Source: Halobacteriota archaeon
GTDB taxonomy: Archaea > Halobacteriota > Syntropharchaeia > DAOWMC01
Length of the DNA: 64,000 nucleotides
Direction of reading: 5' to 3'
Assembly: GCA_034189535.1 (NCBI GenBank)
Contig: JAXHUQ010000001.1
Span: forward strand, 67-64,066
The notes under the pieces were generated by a model. The model saw only the letters and a list, made by a program, of their open reading frames with translations, ran no database searches and was not told where the DNA came from. Shown piece after piece: positions 59,616-64,000 of this stretch. Every line of letters starts with the position of its first letter. The first letter of the stretch is position 1. The position numbers and the translations under genes are program-made.

Positions 59616-60316
59616 ATGGCAATAAATGTTGCTTTGATTGGAAATCCAAATGTTGGAAAGACCGTGATCTTCAATTATCTGACCGGATCACGCCAGCATG
59701 TTGGAAACTGGCCAGGAGTTACAGTCGAAAAAAAGGATGGTAAATGCACTTACAAAGGAGAAGAGATGAATATGGTGGATCTACCAGGAACTTACAGCCT
59801 TACAGCCAGTGCAGTCGATGAAATGATCGCAAGGAACTATATTATAAATGAAAAACCAGATGTTGTCGTTGATATCGTCGATGCATCAAACATCGAGCGT
59901 AATCTTTATCTCACACTTCTTCTACTCGAGCTGGAGGCAAATGTAGTAGTAGCTCTTAACATGATGGATGTTGCGACTTCAAAGTATCAGATTGATGTTG
60001 ATATGTTGTCAAGATTACTTGGAGTGCCTGTAGTTTCTACTGTCGCAACCAAGGGAGAAGGTATGGAGGAGCTCAAAGAAAAGATAGTAATGGCTGCAAA
60101 AGGCAAAGATAAGAGAAGATTCATCACAATTGGATATGGGGAAAAGATTGAAAGGCAGATTAAAGGGGTAGAAGAGGTTATCTCAAAAGACAGGGATTTT
60201 TTAACAAATATCCTTTAAGATGGCTTGCGATTAAGATACTGGAGAAGGATAAAAATGTATTGGAGAATGTAAATAGTTCTACACATGCAGAAGAGATATT
60301 GGGGCTTTTATCATGA
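59616..60316 (+). CDS. feoB: FeoB GTPase/helical domain with -1 frameshift near 60197-60203 (frame-0 stop at 60218)
   Basis: GNPNVGKT, NWPGVTVE, DLPGTYS; KYPLRWLAIKILEKD continues in the -1 frame to TGA 60316. Confidence 0.75.
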
Positions 60317-61593
60317 GTGATGTATTTTGTAATGAAGATCCGGAAGTTGTATTTGCTGAGAAGAGATATGATGCAATATCTGAAATACTTGATAAGACGC
60401 TAAAAAAGAAAAAGGCAGAGATGAGTATCTCCGACATGCTAGACAAGGTAATGCTCCATCGGTCTCTTGGAATACCAATATTTCTTGCATTGTTGTGGGC
60501 GATGTTTCAATTCGCTTTTGTCTTATCAGAGCCATTTATGGTGATGCTTGAAGGAGTATTTGGATGGCTTGGTGGCCTTTTTGGAGAGGTAGAAACACCG
60601 CTAGTATCCCTTTGGGCAGACGGGATATGTGGTGGACTTGGTTTTGTCCTAGTTTTTGTATTTCCGATATTTTTCCTGTTTCTTATACTTGCGATACTTG
60701 AAGACAGTGGATACCTCCCAAGAGCTGCTTTCGTGATGGATCGTTTGATGTACAAATTAGGTCTTCATGGAAAATCATTCATCCCGATGATCATGGGATT
60801 CGGATGTAATTTGCCTGCTATAATGTCAACAAGGAGTATAGAAGACGAAAGAGACAGGCTTATCACTATACTAGTAAATCCGTTGATTTCATGCGGTGCC
60901 AGACTTCCTGTATACGTTCTTATCGCAGGTGCACTCTTCGGTGCTTATGCAGGGTCTGCAATATTTTCGATGTACATCTTAGGCATAGGACTTGCGATCG
61001 TGATGGCATTACTATTCAGAAGAGTGATTCCCGGACTTAAAGGCAAACCTGCACCTTTTGTTATGGAGCTTCCGCCCTACAGATTACCGACCGCAAAGAG
61101 TGTCCTTTTACATATGTGGGAGCGAGGTGTTGTCTATTTGAAAAAGGCCGGAACGATACTTTTAGGAGGTGCAATTGTACTGTGGTTCATGTCTTCATTT
61201 CCTTGGGGAACTCCCCTCGAGATGAGTTATGCCGGGAGCCTCGGACATCTTCTTGAACCACTCGTCCGCCCGCTCGGTTTTGACTGGATGGCTGCATTGG
61301 CGTTATTCTTCGGATTCCTGGCAAAAGAGATTCTTGTTGAGACTTTCGGAATCCTCTACGGTGTTGCAGGAGAAGAAGCAATAATGGGTGCAGTTGGGAC
61401 ACACATGAACCCTGTTACCGGACTTGCGTTTATGGCCTTCACATTGATATACCTACCATGTCTTGCAACACTTGGTATAGTGAAGGCAGAGACAGGATCA
61501 TGGAAGTGGGTTGCATTTCTTGTAATCTATGAGTTGATACTGGCATACATTGTTGCTGCGATTATTGTGGGAGTGGGATCTTTCATATTGTGA
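60313..61593 (+). CDS. feoB: FeoB membrane domain as a separate ORF
   Basis: LEDSGYLPR, GFGCNLP, SCGARLPVY, MELPPY, AKE, YLPC. Confidence 0.88.
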   Translation: MSDVFCNEDPEVVFAEKRYDAISEILDKTLKKKKAEMSISDMLDKVMLHRSLGIPIFLALLWAMFQFAFVLSEPFMVMLEGVFGWLGGLFGEVETPLVSLWADGICGGLGFVLVFVFPIFFLFLILAILEDSGYLPRAAFVMDRLMYKLGLHGKSFIPMIMGFGCNLPAIMSTRSIEDERDRLITILVNPLISCGARLPVYVLIAGALFGAYAGSAIFSMYILGIGLAIVMALLFRRVIPGLKGKPAPFVMELPPYRLPTAKSVLLHMWERGVVYLKKAGTILLGGAIVLWFMSSFPWGTPLEMSYAGSLGHLLEPLVRPLGFDWMAALALFFGFLAKEILVETFGILYGVAGEEAIMGAVGTHMNPVTGLAFMAFTLIYLPCLATLGIVKAETGSWKWVAFLVIYELILAYIVAAIIVGVGSFIL

Positions 61594-61604
61594 GGTGATG
61601 AAAG

Positions 61605-62030
61605 ATGGGTTATAAAATATGGAGTATCTATGTGTTTGTATTCGGAGCCTTATGTCTATTTCTTGGCTCTATGGAGGTGGCTTCAGTTCCACTGGGTATC
61701 GACTCAGTGGTTCCTGCAGACCTATTTGGTGGATTTGTAATGTTTGTAACCGGTGCCGTCTACCTATCAGGTCTGGATGATCTCCTTTCTGAAAGGCAGG
61801 AAGGGCTCTCGTTTGCTATCGTTGGTACGTTGCTACTTGCCGTATTTGGGATTTTATATCTTCTTGTGATCGGTGCGGATGGTCTGATGTACCTAATAGG
61901 AGGGGCTGAAGAGTTCTCTTTTGCAAGTGGATTTAGGCCTGAGATATGGCTGTTTGCAGCATCACTTCCTGCCGCCATATATATTGTAAGGGGAAGAGAA
62001 GATCCAGGAAGGTTGGTAAATGGATTTTAA
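61605..62030 (+). CDS. Hypothetical multi-pass membrane protein in the feo operon
   Basis: GAGGTGA RBS; about four hydrophobic helices. Confidence 0.7.
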   Translation: MGYKIWSIYVFVFGALCLFLGSMEVASVPLGIDSVVPADLFGGFVMFVTGAVYLSGLDDLLSERQEGLSFAIVGTLLLAVFGILYLLVIGADGLMYLIGGAEEFSFASGFRPEIWLFAASLPAAIYIVRGREDPGRLVNGF

Positions 62031-62141
62031 AAAGTTTGTAAAGAAGGTAGGGGTAGCAGCATTCAAGCTTGCTACCACCACTGGTTGTAGTGGTTAACAT
62101 AGGAAATTGTTGTGGGATGACAAAAGAAGAAGAAAAAGAAC

Positions 62142-62648
62142 TCAATCCAAAGTAGGAATATCATCTCGGAAGCTGACCTCTATCGGATAAATAACGCTAT
62201 CGATTGTGATATCAAAGTCAATCACATCCGTCCAACCGTTCTCTACAAATACCCCACCGAAGGAGAATCCGATAATCCTTGCATCATTTGAGATCTCTTT
62301 TATAAGGCCCTCCACATCTTCAGCAGTTGTTTTGTATTTGGGTATCGCAAGACCTCCCAAGATTACAATTACATCACAATTGAAAGCATCTGCAAAATTT
62401 TCCATGATTTGGTACCCTACTCCCTCTATCATCTTCATCTCCCTTGCGTCCTTTGCAATCGCTTTGGGAATGAAGATTATCTTATAACCGCGATCTCGCA
62501 TCGCATAAGAAAGAAGCTGTGCAAAGGGACTACATATACCAACAGATCCAACAAATGCAATCTTGGAACCCTCTTTGATACCCTCTATGGACTCCATAAA
62601 CGCTTTTATAAGTCCATTAAGTCCTCTGTAACTCATATTTCGCTCCAT
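62142..62648 (-). CDS. DUF2124 family protein
   Basis: GS.GICSPFAQLLSY, ILGGLAIPK, GWTD.IDFD..ID; the upstream part of the 231-aa ORF is unrelated. Confidence 0.75.
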   Translation of the reverse strand: MERNMSYRGLNGLIKAFMESIEGIKEGSKIAFVGSVGICSPFAQLLSYAMRDRGYKIIFIPKAIAKDAREMKMIEGVGYQIMENFADAFNCDVIVILGGLAIPKYKTTAEDVEGLIKEISNDARIIGFSFGGVFVENGWTDVIDFDITIDSVIYPIEVSFRDDIPTLD

Positions 62649-62744
62649 TGTCTTTGTTAAACCCTCGATAAGATACATCGGTATCAAACCCGAAAAAGGT
62701 TCCTTATTATGCTCTATCATCCACGGTAATAGTAAGTTCAGCTT

Positions 62745-62850
62745 GGTCAAAGTAATTGTGCCCTGATCTATATTCCTCAATTCCTCATGAGATTCGGACC
62801 GAAATCCTCCGACTCTGAAGTACACCCCTTCAGGCACACTTTACTTTCAT
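62745..62850 (-). pseudogene. Truncated cassette gene remnant
   Basis: GGAGG plus ATG at 62850 right after site C; fragment GVYFRVGGFRSESHEELRNIDQGTITLT in a different frame. Confidence 0.4.
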
Positions 62851-62881
62851 CTCTTCCTCCTTCTAAATTTGCGAGCATTTC

Positions 62882-62990
62882 ATATAACGTTAAGGCATAT
62901 GTGACGTTTCCCCTGACCGAAGGAAAAAGGGAAATGTGGCGGAGCCCAAGTGAGGCTTTTACCGGACGCAGCATATATGCTGTGCCATCT
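62882..62990 (-). repeat. attC-like site C (R'' degenerate, AAC to GGC)
   Basis: Minus strand AGATGGC-A-CAGCATATATG...CACATATGCCT-TAAC-GTTATAT. Confidence 0.65.
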
Positions 62991-63060
62991 GTTGTGCTGT
63001 GCCGTTCTCTTTTTATTATGGGCGAGAAAATTTTCTTTATCTGTGGACATTCTGCCTAAA

Positions 63061-63732
63061 TTATTTCATGAACAGTTCCATTGGGAATGGCTTACCATGC
63101 CCGGGATAAACGGTATTTATCTCTAAACTTTTCATCTTCTCAACACTGACATTCGCTGCTGATAAATCGTCCATAATAGAATTGAGAACAGGTTTGTCTT
63201 TGTTTTCGAACAGATCACCACAAAACAGGTCGCCATAGGCTGTCAGGATTCCGATTGACCCTTTTGAGTGCCCTGGAATATGGAGAACTTTAGCATCGAA
63301 TCCATATTCAGAGAGATCGTATCCATCTTCGATATATAAATCTGGTTGAAATCTTTCCTTTTTTCCAAACCTGAATAGGATGCGAGCTATCGTTCCAAGG
63401 AGAATATTGCCTTTTCTTCTATTCCAGAACATGTCCCCACGTTCGGCCATTCCTGAATCGTCTTGGTGCATGGCTATCTTTACATCGAACTTTTCATTGA
63501 GATAGGCGGCATTGCCAGTATGGTCAAAATCTCCATGTGTTAAAACGATAAGCTTGAGATTGCCGGGATTGCAGCCGGCGCTTTCAAGTTCTTTTTCAAT
63601 GTTTGTACGCTTATTTGAACCACCTGTGTCGATCAGGATACAGCCGGTGTCAGTTTCTATAAGGTAGCAATTTACAGTACCTAACTTACAAGGTAACGAT
63701 GAACTAATGGTTTTGATTTTTCCCATAGTCAT
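63061..63732 (-). CDS. MBL-fold metallo-hydrolase (gene cassette)
   Basis: IDTG, THGDFDHTG, PGHSKG, GD, PGHG. Confidence 0.9.
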   Translation of the reverse strand: MTMGKIKTISSSLPCKLGTVNCYLIETDTGCILIDTGGSNKRTNIEKELESAGCNPGNLKLIVLTHGDFDHTGNAAYLNEKFDVKIAMHQDDSGMAERGDMFWNRRKGNILLGTIARILFRFGKKERFQPDLYIEDGYDLSEYGFDAKVLHIPGHSKGSIGILTAYGDLFCGDLFENKDKPVLNSIMDDLSAANVSVEKMKSLEINTVYPGHGKPFPMELFMK

Positions 63733-63799
63733 GTTAAACACCTTTTTAATTTTAAGATTTTTTACTCATCCTTTTTGTCTTTCTTAGGCACAGCATTTC

Positions 63800-63894
63800 A
63801 GATAACGTTTGCGGATATGAGAAGTTACGGAGCGAAGCGTAGCAATTTGGGTGAGCCCCGAGCCAAGGGGCGAACCTCACATCCGCTGTTATAC
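63800..63894 (-). repeat. attC-like site B (apparently intact)
   Basis: Minus strand GTATAAC-A-GCGGATGTGAG...CTCATATCCGC-AAAC-GTTATCT; 10 of 11 stem positions complementary. Confidence 0.75.
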
Positions 63895-64000
63895 GCCCCT
63901 ACGACTGAAAGGAGAAGAGCGCAGCGTGGCACGAAGCGTAGTGGGGTGAGTTCAAAAATTTTCTCGTTTTTATGTATTATGATAGGATTTCCTCAATTAT

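Noticed and set aside
62070..62120. tRNA-like GTTGTAGTGGTTAACATA
   Set aside because: No T-arm (GTTCRA) or acceptor stem; only a short ACCACT/AGTGGT hairpin
62142..62837. 231-aa ORF as a genuine fusion protein
   Set aside because: The N-terminal part is a cassette remnant plus non-coding sequence fortuitously in frame with DUF2124
63061..63732. Metallo-beta-lactamase resistance gene
   Set aside because: Generic HxDxDH MBL fold without a signal peptide; substrate cannot be inferred
1..64000. CRISPR array, rRNA, integrase or intact transposase
   Set aside because: No regularly spaced repeats, rRNA signatures, tyrosine recombinase or DDE ORF recognised

Overview
Archaeal chromosomal window, most consistent with a Methanosarcinia/Halobacteriota-type anaerobe (cofD, cdhD, Ftr-like, DUF2124, PGF-CTERM, type A RNase P RNA, DP1, TFB, aIF2-alpha). 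The lineage is inferred from gene content only. Housekeeping blocks alternate with accessory blocks. The most notable items are: (1) a duplicated 10-gene signalling locus (11.9-18.4 kb) of Walker-A-degenerate KaiC/RAD55-like proteins, two of them fused to MglA-like small GTPases, plus four Roadblock/MglB proteins and three V4R proteins, with signs of gene conversion; (2) four attC-like hairpins flanking short cassette-like genes (51.7-52.8 kb and 62.7-63.9 kb) with no integrase in the window; (3) a Tat-exported formate dehydrogenase operon whose third gene is a PGF-CTERM-anchored tri-haem cytochrome c; (4) a four-gene secreted-protein cluster resembling a WxL/chaperone-assisted fimbrial system; (5) a double Feo/DtxR metal-uptake island with a split, frameshifted feoB. 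All calls come from motif recognition by eye; no database searches were run.
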